Virus record (IMG/VR): IMGVR_UViG_3300020185_000005
Location: 1 to 33,217 of that record
From: a virus
Length of the DNA stretch: 33,217 nucleotides
Strand: one strand, 5' to 3'
Below are positions 15,228 through 23,046 of the stretch, piece after piece. Positions within the stretch are counted from its first letter, which is position 1. Each line of letters starts with the position of its first letter. The position numbers and the translations under genes are program-made. The notes under the pieces are model-generated. The model was not told the DNA's origin, did no database searches, and was given only the letters and a program-made list of their open reading frames with translations.

Positions 15228-16011
15228 AAAACAATATTTTGCTTTAGTTAACAAAGTATTAACTGAAGGCATAAAAAGAAACCAAGAAAGAACAGGCGTA
15301 GGTACTTTAGGTATATTTGGGGCTAATCTTGAATTAAACTTAAAAGCTGGTTTTCCTTTATTTACACATCGTAAAATATTTTATAAAGGTGTAATTGGTG
15401 AGCTTATTGCTTTTTTACGCGGTCATACAAATGTAAATGACTTTAAAACACTGGGTTGTAATTACTGGGATGCTTGGGCCGAAGAAGATGGTAACTTAGG
15501 CCCTGTATATGGATCTCAATGGCGTAATTATTCTGGTTTACAAATTGATCAGTTAAAAAATGTTATCCAAGAAGCTAAGGTTAACCCAGAGTCAAGAAGA
15601 TTGTATGTAACTGCATGGAATCCAATTGATGCACATAAAATGGCATTACTACCTTGTTTTCACGGCTTTCAATTGTTTATTCATAATAATTATTTAAGTT
15701 TACTAGTCAATATGCGCTCATCTGATGTAATGGTAGGACTTCCCTCAGATATATTGTTCCACTCATTATTAATGTTAGTTTTGTCTAATGAATTAGATAT
15801 AACTCCTCATAAACTAATATTTAATTTAGGTGATGCGCATATCTATAATAATCATTTACAATTTGCAAAAACTGTACATGAATTACAAATATTTAATCCG
15901 CCACAAGTACGATTATATTACGAAGCAGGTATTGATAATTTATATCCTAATGATTTTATTATTTCAAGCTACAAACATAATGCAGCAAAACAATTAAAAG
16001 TTAATGTCTAA
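15217..16011 (+). CDS. Thymidylate-synthase-family (ThyA-fold) enzyme with Asp at the Asn177 specificity position; predicted dCMP methylase or hydroxymethylase
   Basis: The protein aligns by hand along its full length with E. coli ThyA. Conserved elements are RTGVGT, IGELIAFL (Glu58), YWDAW, SRR, catalytic Cys in LLPCF (C147, 15655..15657), MRSSD and GDAHIY. However, PFN(177) is replaced by PSD (D178, GAT at 15748..15750). Confidence 0.9.
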   Translation: MENEKQYFALVNKVLTEGIKRNQERTGVGTLGIFGANLELNLKAGFPLFTHRKIFYKGVIGELIAFLRGHTNVNDFKTLGCNYWDAWAEEDGNLGPVYGSQWRNYSGLQIDQLKNVIQEAKVNPESRRLYVTAWNPIDAHKMALLPCFHGFQLFIHNNYLSLLVNMRSSDVMVGLPSDILFHSLLMLVLSNELDITPHKLIFNLGDAHIYNNHLQFAKTVHELQIFNPPQVRLYYEAGIDNLYPNDFIISSYKHNAAKQLKVNV

Positions 16012-16468
16012 TTATTCTCATTCTTGGAATTTAAAATATTTAACACTTGCAAAAAAATTTGCTAGTTGGTCTAAAGATCCATCAGTTCAAGTAGGAGCAG
16101 TAGCTATTGGTAATAAAGGCCAAGTATTATCCCAAGGTTATAATGGCTTTCCTAGAGACTTTAATGATGCACAAACAATTTATAAAAACTCTGAACAAAA
16201 AAAGAATTATATTATTCATGCTGAAATGAATTGTATTTATCATGCAACTTTAAATGGTATTTCTTTAGAAAGAGCAACATTATTTGTTTATGGTTTAGAC
16301 ATATGTCATGAATGTGCTAAAGGTATAATTCAAGTTGGAATAAAAGAAGTAGTTACTTATTCTCCAGACAAGCCTAAAGAAAAATGGATTAGTAGTTTTA
16401 AAATATCACAAGAATTATTTAAACAAAGCGGAATAAATCATATAAAAATAGACCAAAATAAATTTTAA
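16004..16468 (+). CDS. dCMP deaminase (cytidine/deoxycytidylate deaminase fold)
   Basis: The zinc motifs HAEMN and C-H-E-C are present. The N-terminal KDPSVQVGAVAIGNKGQVLSQGYNGFP is typical of ComEB/dCMP deaminases. Confidence 0.85.
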   Translation: MSNYSHSWNLKYLTLAKKFASWSKDPSVQVGAVAIGNKGQVLSQGYNGFPRDFNDAQTIYKNSEQKKNYIIHAEMNCIYHATLNGISLERATLFVYGLDICHECAKGIIQVGIKEVVTYSPDKPKEKWISSFKISQELFKQSGINHIKIDQNKF

Positions 16469-16475
16469 GTATAAT

Positions 16476-16506
16476 GTAACAAATCTTTATAAATACTTGT
16501 TATAAT
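16476..16506 (+). promoter_or_regulatory. Candidate sigma70-type promoter with an extended -10 (TGTTATAAT)
   Basis: TATAAT lies at 16501..16506 with TG at 16498..16499. A weak -35-like TGTAACA lies about 17 nt upstream. The site is in the 62-nt gap before the gpW-like and portal genes. Confidence 0.35.
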
Positions 16507-16530
16507 CGGATATAGATATATTTTTAATTT

Positions 16531-17112
16531 ATGGCCAATAAATTCGACAGCACATATTACCCAACATCAGAGCCTAATGAATTACAGCTCGGTGATTTTT
16601 GGGCATGGAAAAAAACTGATCTCTCAGACGATTACCCTACTGCATCTTATAGTTTATCTTATGAATTTAATTTGGTTGATGGTTCAACAGCTGCTAATTT
16701 TACATTAACTGCTACAGAATCTAATGATGAATATATTATTGAAACAAGTAGCACAACATCATATACAGCTGGAGAATATAATTGGGTTTCTTATATTACT
16801 CGATCAAGCGACTCAGCAAGAATTAAATTATCAGAAGGCTTTACTGAAATACAACAAAATTATGCTACTACAACAAGTTCTGTAAGAAGCCATGTAAAAA
16901 AAGTTTTAGATGCAATAGAAGCAGTTATTGAAAATCGAGCAACTATGGACCAATCGTCTATGAGTATTGCTGGCAGATCATTATCAAGGCTAACTGTTGA
17001 TGAGTTAATGACATTTAGAGATCGATATAAAACAGAATATTTAAAAGAAGTTAAACAGGCTAGAATTAAAAATAAAAAAGATTCCGGTAATTTAATCAAA
17101 GTGAGGTTTTAA
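16531..17112 (+). CDS. Head-completion protein with a gpW-like C-terminal domain and an extra N-terminal domain
   Basis: The C-terminal ~70 aa (LDAIEAVIENRATMDQSSMSIAGRSLSRLTVDELMTFRDRYKTEY...GNLIKVRF) follow the lambda gpW pattern: A..al..G......v...Gr.v.....eL, ending hydrophobic-x-hydrophobic. The gene lies immediately before the portal, as W lies before B in lambda. Confidence 0.45.
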   Translation: MANKFDSTYYPTSEPNELQLGDFWAWKKTDLSDDYPTASYSLSYEFNLVDGSTAANFTLTATESNDEYIIETSSTTSYTAGEYNWVSYITRSSDSARIKLSEGFTEIQQNYATTTSSVRSHVKKVLDAIEAVIENRATMDQSSMSIAGRSLSRLTVDELMTFRDRYKTEYLKEVKQARIKNKKDSGNLIKVRF

Positions 17113-17114
17113 AT

Positions 17115-18626
17115 ATGGCCTGGTATGATCGATTCGTAAATAATAATAAAAAAACAAAAAAAGTTTCAAAAGTAAGAAGATATGCCGGTGCTAATACAGG
17201 CAGATTATTTGCAGATTTTACAGCATCAAGTACATCAGCAGACGCTGAAATTAAAGATCAATTAAGAATATTAAGAGAAAGAAGCCGTGATTTAGCTAGA
17301 AATGATTCATATGTAACTCGATACTTAAATTTAATGGTTAGCAATATTATTGGAGCTAACGGTATTAGATTAAGTGTTAAAGCACGTGATTCACAAGGTA
17401 ATTTAGATATTCTTGGCAACCAAACAATTGAGCGCGAGTTTAAGCAGTGGTCAAAAATGGGCAACTGTACATTGAATGGCCGTCAATCATTTTTAGATTG
17501 CCAAAAGTTATTTGTTGAAGCATTAATGAGAGATGGCGAAGTTTTAGTAAGGCATGCAACACCAACAGATTCAAAATATAAATATAAACTTCAATTTTTA
17601 GAAGCTGATCATTTAGATGAAACTAAAAATGATTTTAATCCTGAAACTAAAAATAGAATTAAAATGGGTGTAGAAGTTGATAAACATGACAAGCCCGTAG
17701 CATATTATTTATTTAAAAATCACCCATATGATAATACGTATCAATCACCTAAAGAGCATATAAGAGTACCAGCTGAAGAAATCATTCATGCATATATGCC
17801 AACACGTCCTGAGCAAACCAGGGGCGTACCTATGACTGCTTCAGCTATGCCTCAGATAAAAATGCTTAATGGTTATATGGAAGCTGAAATAACGGCCGCA
17901 CGTGTTTCAGCTGCAAAAATGGGATTCTTTACTTCGCCGGATGGTGATGGTTATGTTGGTGAAGATTTAGAAGATAGCTTTACTCCAATTATGGAAGCAT
18001 CTGCAGGCAGCTTTGAACAACTTCCCGCTGGAATGGATTTTAAAAGCTTTGACCCTGATCATCCAAGTACAGCATTTGGCCCATTTACAACACAAGTTTT
18101 AAGAGGTATTGCCTCTGGTTTAAATATTTCATATCATGCTTTAACAAATGATTTAAGTTCTGTTAATTATAGTTCTTTGCGAGCAGGTGCATTAGAAGAC
18201 AGAGAAATGTATAAGCTATATCAACGCTTTGTTGTAGATCATTTTATGAGGCCGGTATTCGAAAAGTGGTTAGAAATGTCTATATCAAGTGGCGCTATTA
18301 TTATGGATCCTGATGTAAATATTCCTTTACCGATGTCAAAATATGAAAAATTTGCTGCAGATACAATATTCATTGGACGTTCTTTCCAATGGGTTGATCC
18401 TCAAAAAGAAATGAATGCATCAATAAGTGGTATGCAAGCTGGCCTTGTTACTTATCAAGATGTACAATCAAATTATGGTAGAGACGTTGAAGAGCTATAT
18501 GAACAACACGAAAGAGAACAAAAGTTAGCTGAACAATATGGAATTAAAACAGCATTCCAGCCATTCGGTATAAAGCTTCCAATTGAACCTGTAATTAAAG
18601 GAGGCTCAGATGGCGATTCCGAATAA
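17115..18626 (+). CDS. Portal protein, lambda family
   Basis: The N-terminal RRYAGANTGRLFADFTASSTSADAEIKDQLRILRERSRDLARNDSYVTRYLNLMVSNIIGANGIRL is the hallmark of lambda gpB-type portals. The 503-aa size and the position after terL/gpW also fit. Confidence 0.9.
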   Translation: MAWYDRFVNNNKKTKKVSKVRRYAGANTGRLFADFTASSTSADAEIKDQLRILRERSRDLARNDSYVTRYLNLMVSNIIGANGIRLSVKARDSQGNLDILGNQTIEREFKQWSKMGNCTLNGRQSFLDCQKLFVEALMRDGEVLVRHATPTDSKYKYKLQFLEADHLDETKNDFNPETKNRIKMGVEVDKHDKPVAYYLFKNHPYDNTYQSPKEHIRVPAEEIIHAYMPTRPEQTRGVPMTASAMPQIKMLNGYMEAEITAARVSAAKMGFFTSPDGDGYVGEDLEDSFTPIMEASAGSFEQLPAGMDFKSFDPDHPSTAFGPFTTQVLRGIASGLNISYHALTNDLSSVNYSSLRAGALEDREMYKLYQRFVVDHFMRPVFEKWLEMSISSGAIIMDPDVNIPLPMSKYEKFAADTIFIGRSFQWVDPQKEMNASISGMQAGLVTYQDVQSNYGRDVEELYEQHEREQKLAEQYGIKTAFQPFGIKLPIEPVIKGGSDGDSE

Positions 18627-21402
18627 AGGCATGAAAGCAGAAGCTGAAAAAGGTTTAGCTTGGAGAAAAGAATTTGGAAGAGGAGGTACGCGTATTGGTG
18701 TAACTCGCGCTAATCAAATTAAAAACGGCGTTGATTTATCTGAGTCAACTATTAAAAGAATGTACAGTTATTTTTCAAGACATGAAGTTGATAAAAAAGC
18801 CGAAGGGTTTAGACCTGGCGAAGATGGATTTCCAAGTAATGGCAGGATTGCGTGGGCGCTTTGGGGAGGAGATCCAGGTTATACATGGTCAAAAAAATTA
18901 GTTGAGCAAATGAAAAAAGAAGATGAGCGTAAATTAGAAATGCGCCCATACCCTAATGAACATGCAGCTCGTATAGAAGACCCTGAACAATTTGATAACT
19001 TTAGAAGAAAAAATAATGAGTTTAAAACTGGCATACATGCTATACATGGTATAAAAGGCAATGAAAGATTAATACAAAGCATTAGATTTGATTCTGATAT
19101 GTTTACTCCAGACGAAGCAAAAGCTTGGTTAGAAAGAAATGAGTTTGAATATATTAAATTTGAAAATGCAATTGAAGAAAGAGCTGTTTCAGAAAAAACA
19201 GAAGAAGCATTAAAAAATAAATTAAAAGAACATCATGAAGAAGTAGGCGATACAAAAAGTAAACGAACAACGCTTGCTATTTTAAAACAAATTTATGAAC
19301 ACGGGATTGGAGCCTTTAATACAAATCCAGGCTCAGTTAGGCCTCAGGTTAGCAATGCTAATCAGTGGGCAATGGCTCGTGTAAACAGTTTTCTATTTGC
19401 TTTGCGCAATGGAAAATATAGAAGTGGGAAGCACGATACTGATCTGCTACCTAAATCACACCCTTTATCATCGAAAGAGGAAAAAGCTATGAAAGATAAA
19501 GAAGATAGACATATCCTCAACGTAAATGAAACAGATGATTCTGTAATCATTGAGTTTTCAAAGCACCATGAGGATAAAGCAGAAGAAGAAAATGTTGACG
19601 CAGTTTCTTCTTATCAAGAAGATGAAGACGAAAGAAAAGTTGTTGATTTACCATTAAGGTATAGAACAATTGATCTTTCTAAAAATTCATTCATTGATGA
19701 AGAAAAAAGATTAGTTCGTATTGGTGTTTCTTCGGAAGAACCAGTTGAGCGATCATTTGGTATGGAAGTTCTAAGCCATGCTGAAGATGATGTAGATATG
19801 GAATTTGTATCATCAGGTAGAGCTCCGTTTTTATTAGACCATGACATGTCTAAACAAATTGGAGTTATAGAAGAATTTAAACTTGACGAGGCGGCTAAGA
19901 GGACAATAGCTGTTGTTAGATTTGGTAGATCAGCACTAGCTCAAGAAGTTTTTCAAGATGTAGTTGACGGTATTCGTATGAATATAAGTGTTGGCTATAA
20001 AGTAAATAAACTTGCAAGAGTTAAAGATAACGATGAGATGCTTTATAAAGCGTCATGGACTCCACTTGAAGTATCAAGTGTATCTGTGCCGGCTGATCAA
20101 AGCAGACTAGTTGGAGTTGGACGCTCTGCAAAAATTAATAAGGATATTATTATGACTGAAGAAAAAAAAGATATTAATCTTGACGAAATCAGAAATAAAA
20201 CTCTTGAAGAAGCTAAAGCTGAATACAAAAGAAACTCGAAAGAGATTATTGATTTAGCTGTTAAGCATAACAAAAGAGATTTAGCTGATAGCGCAATTAA
20301 AGATGGTCTTACTGTTGAAGAATTCAGAGGCGCATTATTAAATGAAATATGCAATGATAAGCCGCTTGAAACTGCTGAAATTGGTATGACTCAAAATGAA
20401 GTGAGAGAATTCTCATTAGTAAAAGCAATTAATGCTTTAGCAAATCCAACTGATAGAAGAGCTCAAGAAGCTGCTGCTTTTGAATTTGAATGTTCAAATC
20501 AAGCTGCTAGAGAACAAGGAAAAACAGCTCAAGGAATTATGATTCCTGCTGATGTACTTGGCAACTGGAGCAAAAGAGATATTAACTCATCAGATGATTC
20601 ATCTTTAATCCCTCAAGATTATAGAGCTGGCGATTTTATTGATGTATTAAGAAACTCATCAAGTGTTATGCAAGCCGGCGCGACTATGCTTAGAGGACTC
20701 TCTGGCTCCGTCGTTATACCGAAGAAAACAGCTGCTTCATCAGCTGCTTGGATTGCAACTGAAGGTAATGCTGCTTCTGAAAGCGAATTTACTTCTGGTA
20801 GCGTTACTATGTCTCCTAAAGTAATTGGTGCGTTTACAGATGCAACTAGATTGCTTTTACAACAAAGCTCATTAGATGTTGAGAACTTAATCAGAGACGA
20901 CCTAACACAATCTATAGCTACTGCTATTGATTTAGGTGCTTTAGCTGGTTCTGGTTCTTCAGGACAGCCTACAGGTATTGCTAGTACTTCAGGTATTAAC
21001 ACTACTACTTTTGCTGCTGCAAGCCCAACATATGCTGAAATTATTGCTATGGAATCTGCAGTTGCTGCTGATAATGCATTAGTTGGAAACTTAGCATATA
21101 TATGTAAGCCATCTGATTATGGTACATTAAAAACAACTTCAAAAGATAGCGGAAGCGGCCAATTTGTTGTTGAGCCAGATGGAAACATGAATGGCTATAA
21201 TGTTATCAGATCAAATCAAGTAACTGCAGGAGATTTTTACTTTGGTAATTTCTCTGATTTACTTATTGGTATGTATGGCGGACTTGATATAACAGTGGAC
21301 CCATATGCTCTTAGCACATCAGGTGGAGTAAGAATTATTGCTCTTCAAACTTTAGATGTTGCTGTGCGTCATGCGGTATCTTTCTGTAAGTCAAGCGACT
21401 AA
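18610..21402 (+). CDS. Polyprotein: N-terminal accessory domains + HK97-family prohead protease + scaffold-like coiled coil + HK97-fold major capsid protein
   Basis: A GGAGG RBS is present. Residues ~345-500 (EEPVERSFGMEVL...APFLLDHDMSKQIGVIEEF...GIRMNISVGYKV) fit the S78/U35 prohead protease. Residues 515-~640 form a charged coiled coil. Residues ~640-930 (DYRAGDFIDVLRNSSSVMQAGATM...SESEFTSGSVTMSPKVIGAFTDATRLLLQQS...AIDLGALAGSG) fit the HK97 capsid family. Confidence 0.85.
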   Translation: MAIPNKGMKAEAEKGLAWRKEFGRGGTRIGVTRANQIKNGVDLSESTIKRMYSYFSRHEVDKKAEGFRPGEDGFPSNGRIAWALWGGDPGYTWSKKLVEQMKKEDERKLEMRPYPNEHAARIEDPEQFDNFRRKNNEFKTGIHAIHGIKGNERLIQSIRFDSDMFTPDEAKAWLERNEFEYIKFENAIEERAVSEKTEEALKNKLKEHHEEVGDTKSKRTTLAILKQIYEHGIGAFNTNPGSVRPQVSNANQWAMARVNSFLFALRNGKYRSGKHDTDLLPKSHPLSSKEEKAMKDKEDRHILNVNETDDSVIIEFSKHHEDKAEEENVDAVSSYQEDEDERKVVDLPLRYRTIDLSKNSFIDEEKRLVRIGVSSEEPVERSFGMEVLSHAEDDVDMEFVSSGRAPFLLDHDMSKQIGVIEEFKLDEAAKRTIAVVRFGRSALAQEVFQDVVDGIRMNISVGYKVNKLARVKDNDEMLYKASWTPLEVSSVSVPADQSRLVGVGRSAKINKDIIMTEEKKDINLDEIRNKTLEEAKAEYKRNSKEIIDLAVKHNKRDLADSAIKDGLTVEEFRGALLNEICNDKPLETAEIGMTQNEVREFSLVKAINALANPTDRRAQEAAAFEFECSNQAAREQGKTAQGIMIPADVLGNWSKRDINSSDDSSLIPQDYRAGDFIDVLRNSSSVMQAGATMLRGLSGSVVIPKKTAASSAAWIATEGNAASESEFTSGSVTMSPKVIGAFTDATRLLLQQSSLDVENLIRDDLTQSIATAIDLGALAGSGSSGQPTGIASTSGINTTTFAAASPTYAEIIAMESAVAADNALVGNLAYICKPSDYGTLKTTSKDSGSGQFVVEPDGNMNGYNVIRSNQVTAGDFYFGNFSDLLIGMYGGLDITVDPYALSTSGGVRIIALQTLDVAVRHAVSFCKSSD

Positions 21403-21424
21403 TTAGTTGATGCTTAAATGGAAT

Positions 21425-21442
21425 GGGGGTAGCAATACCCCC
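21425..21442 (+). terminator. GC-rich hairpin after the capsid gene (GGGGGTA-gcaa-TACCCCC)
   Basis: There is a perfect 7-bp stem with a 4-nt loop 23 nt after the capsid stop. No U-tract follows. It may be an attenuator or an RNA-stability element. Confidence 0.4.
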
Positions 21443-21451
21443 AACTTAAAT

Positions 21452-21667
21452 ATGAAAAAATTTTTAATTATTAAAGATACAGTAGCTAACGGGCAAAAAG
21501 TAAATGCTGGAGATATCATAGAATTGCGAGAAGATGTCGGGCATGAACTATGCGCATACGGAAAAGCATCTGTACATATAGAAAAACCTAAAGCTAATAA
21601 AGAAGATAGAAGCGTGGGTTTAAAAACTTCAAAAGTTAAGGCTCCTAAAACTAGAGCCAAAAAATAA
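21452..21667 (+). CDS. Hypothetical protein (71 aa), Lys-rich C-terminus
   Basis: I prefer the in-frame ATG at 21452 over the track start at 21407. The longer version would include the hairpin at 21425..21442. Confidence 0.5.
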   Translation: MKKFLIIKDTVANGQKVNAGDIIELREDVGHELCAYGKASVHIEKPKANKEDRSVGLKTSKVKAPKTRAKK

Positions 21668-21670
21668 ATT

Positions 21671-22072
21671 ATGGCTATTGAAAGTGCAGCAGATTTTACT
21701 TCTTACCTGGATATTAATACAGGTCATGGTGTTACTGCAACTTTCTTTGAAGTACAACAATCTTTATGGGATGATTTTCCTTTAATTGATACACTATTTG
21801 ATATTGATTCTGGGTTTTCAAAAAATATTAATATAATTATTGATCAAGAGTATTTTAATATTGAAGCAGGAACAGTACCTGTTGCAGGTTATCAACCTAG
21901 AGCGATTGTAAAAGCATCTGATGTTCCTTATATTTCTCAAGAAGATAAACTATTGATTAATGCAATTACTACAAATCGTGGAAGTGTTTTAAAACCAGCA
22001 ACAACATTTATAGTAAAAACAGTAGAGCCTGATAATACAGGTTTTGTTGAATTAGTTTTAGAAGAAGAATAA
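21671..22072 (+). CDS. Head-tail connector-like protein, paralogue A
   Basis: It shares the ends and layout of the next ORF: ..DFTSYLD.N.GHGV.AT..., NINIIIDQEY..., ...PDNTGFVELVLEEE. It lies between the capsid and tail-terminator genes. Confidence 0.5.
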   Translation: MAIESAADFTSYLDINTGHGVTATFFEVQQSLWDDFPLIDTLFDIDSGFSKNINIIIDQEYFNIEAGTVPVAGYQPRAIVKASDVPYISQEDKLLINAITTNRGSVLKPATTFIVKTVEPDNTGFVELVLEEE

Positions 22073-22419
22073 TGTCTCAGTACCGACTAGAAACAGAAGA
22101 AGATATGGCAAGCTATTTAGATCCAAATAGTCACGGGGTAGCGGCTACGTATATTAATAATGGCACTTCTACAGATATTAATATTATTTTAAATAATGAA
22201 TATGTTGAACAAGAAGAAGGCATTGGAGTTGAAGCGTTAGAACCTATTGCATATTGTAGAAGTATTGATATTCCTTCGGTTGCATATGGTCATTTATTAA
22301 ATGTTAGTGCTATAAAAGATACTGACGGCAATATAATAAAAGCTGCAACAAATTATACAATTGTTAATATTAGACCTGATAGAACAGGTTTTATTGCATT
22401 AGAGCTAGAGGAAGTATAA
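22072..22419 (+). CDS. Head-tail connector-like protein, paralogue B
   Basis: The segments DMASYLDPNSHGVAATY, DINIILNNEY and RPDRTGFIALELEEV parallel the previous ORF. It is TAATG-coupled on both sides. Confidence 0.5.
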   Translation: MSQYRLETEEDMASYLDPNSHGVAATYINNGTSTDINIILNNEYVEQEEGIGVEALEPIAYCRSIDIPSVAYGHLLNVSAIKDTDGNIIKAATNYTIVNIRPDRTGFIALELEEV

Positions 22420-22865
22420 TGGCAAATCACATACGACAGCAAATAAGAGAAAAGTTAGGTACAACATTAACAGGATTAACAACTACCGGATCAAATATAT
22501 ATCAATCAAGAGTTTATCCTTTAGAAAATATTAATTTACCTGCTTTAGTAATTTATACAAAGTCAGAAACATCTGAAACTATAGTTATAGGTACAAATAG
22601 AGTAATGAGCCGAGAATTATCGGTGGTCATTGAAGGATATGTTAAGGCAACAAGTAATTTTGATGATACAATTGATACAATAAGTAAAGAAGTTGAGGAA
22701 GCAATAGCAGCAGATAGAACTTTAGATGGATTAGCTAAAGACTGTTATTTAGAATCAACTGAAATAGAATTTAACGGAGAGGGAGAAAAACCACTGGGTT
22801 ATGTATCTCTCACATTTTTAACTAACTATTATGTCAAGGAAACTAATCCTGACGTAGCAGTTTAA
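22419..22865 (+). CDS. Tail terminator / tail-completion-like protein (DUF3168-like pattern)
   Basis: The size (148 aa), the position just upstream of the tail tube gene and the pattern IREKL...LT...NIYQSRVYP...LPALVIY...VVIEGYV all fit. The call is by recollection only. Confidence 0.45.
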   Translation: MANHIRQQIREKLGTTLTGLTTTGSNIYQSRVYPLENINLPALVIYTKSETSETIVIGTNRVMSRELSVVIEGYVKATSNFDDTIDTISKEVEEAIAADRTLDGLAKDCYLESTEIEFNGEGEKPLGYVSLTFLTNYYVKETNPDVAV

Positions 22866-22878
22866 CAGGAGGCAAATT

Positions 22879-23046
22879 ATGAAATTAATTAGTCCAAATG
22901 GTAAAAGTTCTGTAATAGCTCACCCTACTCAGGTTGAGTCAATGAAGAAAAAGGGCTGGAAAGAGGAAGCAGTCCATTCGCAAGATAAAATTAAATCTTC
23001 TTCTAAGAAAAAGTCGAAAGACGAGGTAGAAAATGGCGACACATAA
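22879..23046 (+). CDS. Hypothetical small basic protein (55 aa)
   Basis: This ORF is not in the track. A CAGGAGG RBS lies 7 nt upstream. It overlaps the tail-tube start by 14 nt. Confidence 0.4.
   Translation: MKLISPNGKSSVIAHPTQVESMKKKGWKEEAVHSQDKIKSSSKKKSKDEVENGDT

Noticed and set aside
16476-16482. An iteron-like ATGTAAC word upstream of the gpW-like gene as a second origin
   Set aside because: It is a single 7/8 match in AT-rich DNA, which is compatible with chance.
21403-21660. The 85-aa minus-strand ORF almost coextensive with the plus-strand ORF at 21407..21667
   Set aside because: The plus-strand product is charged and Lys-rich and fits the co-oriented operon. The minus product is hydrophobic, low-complexity, has no RBS, and would be the only reverse gene.
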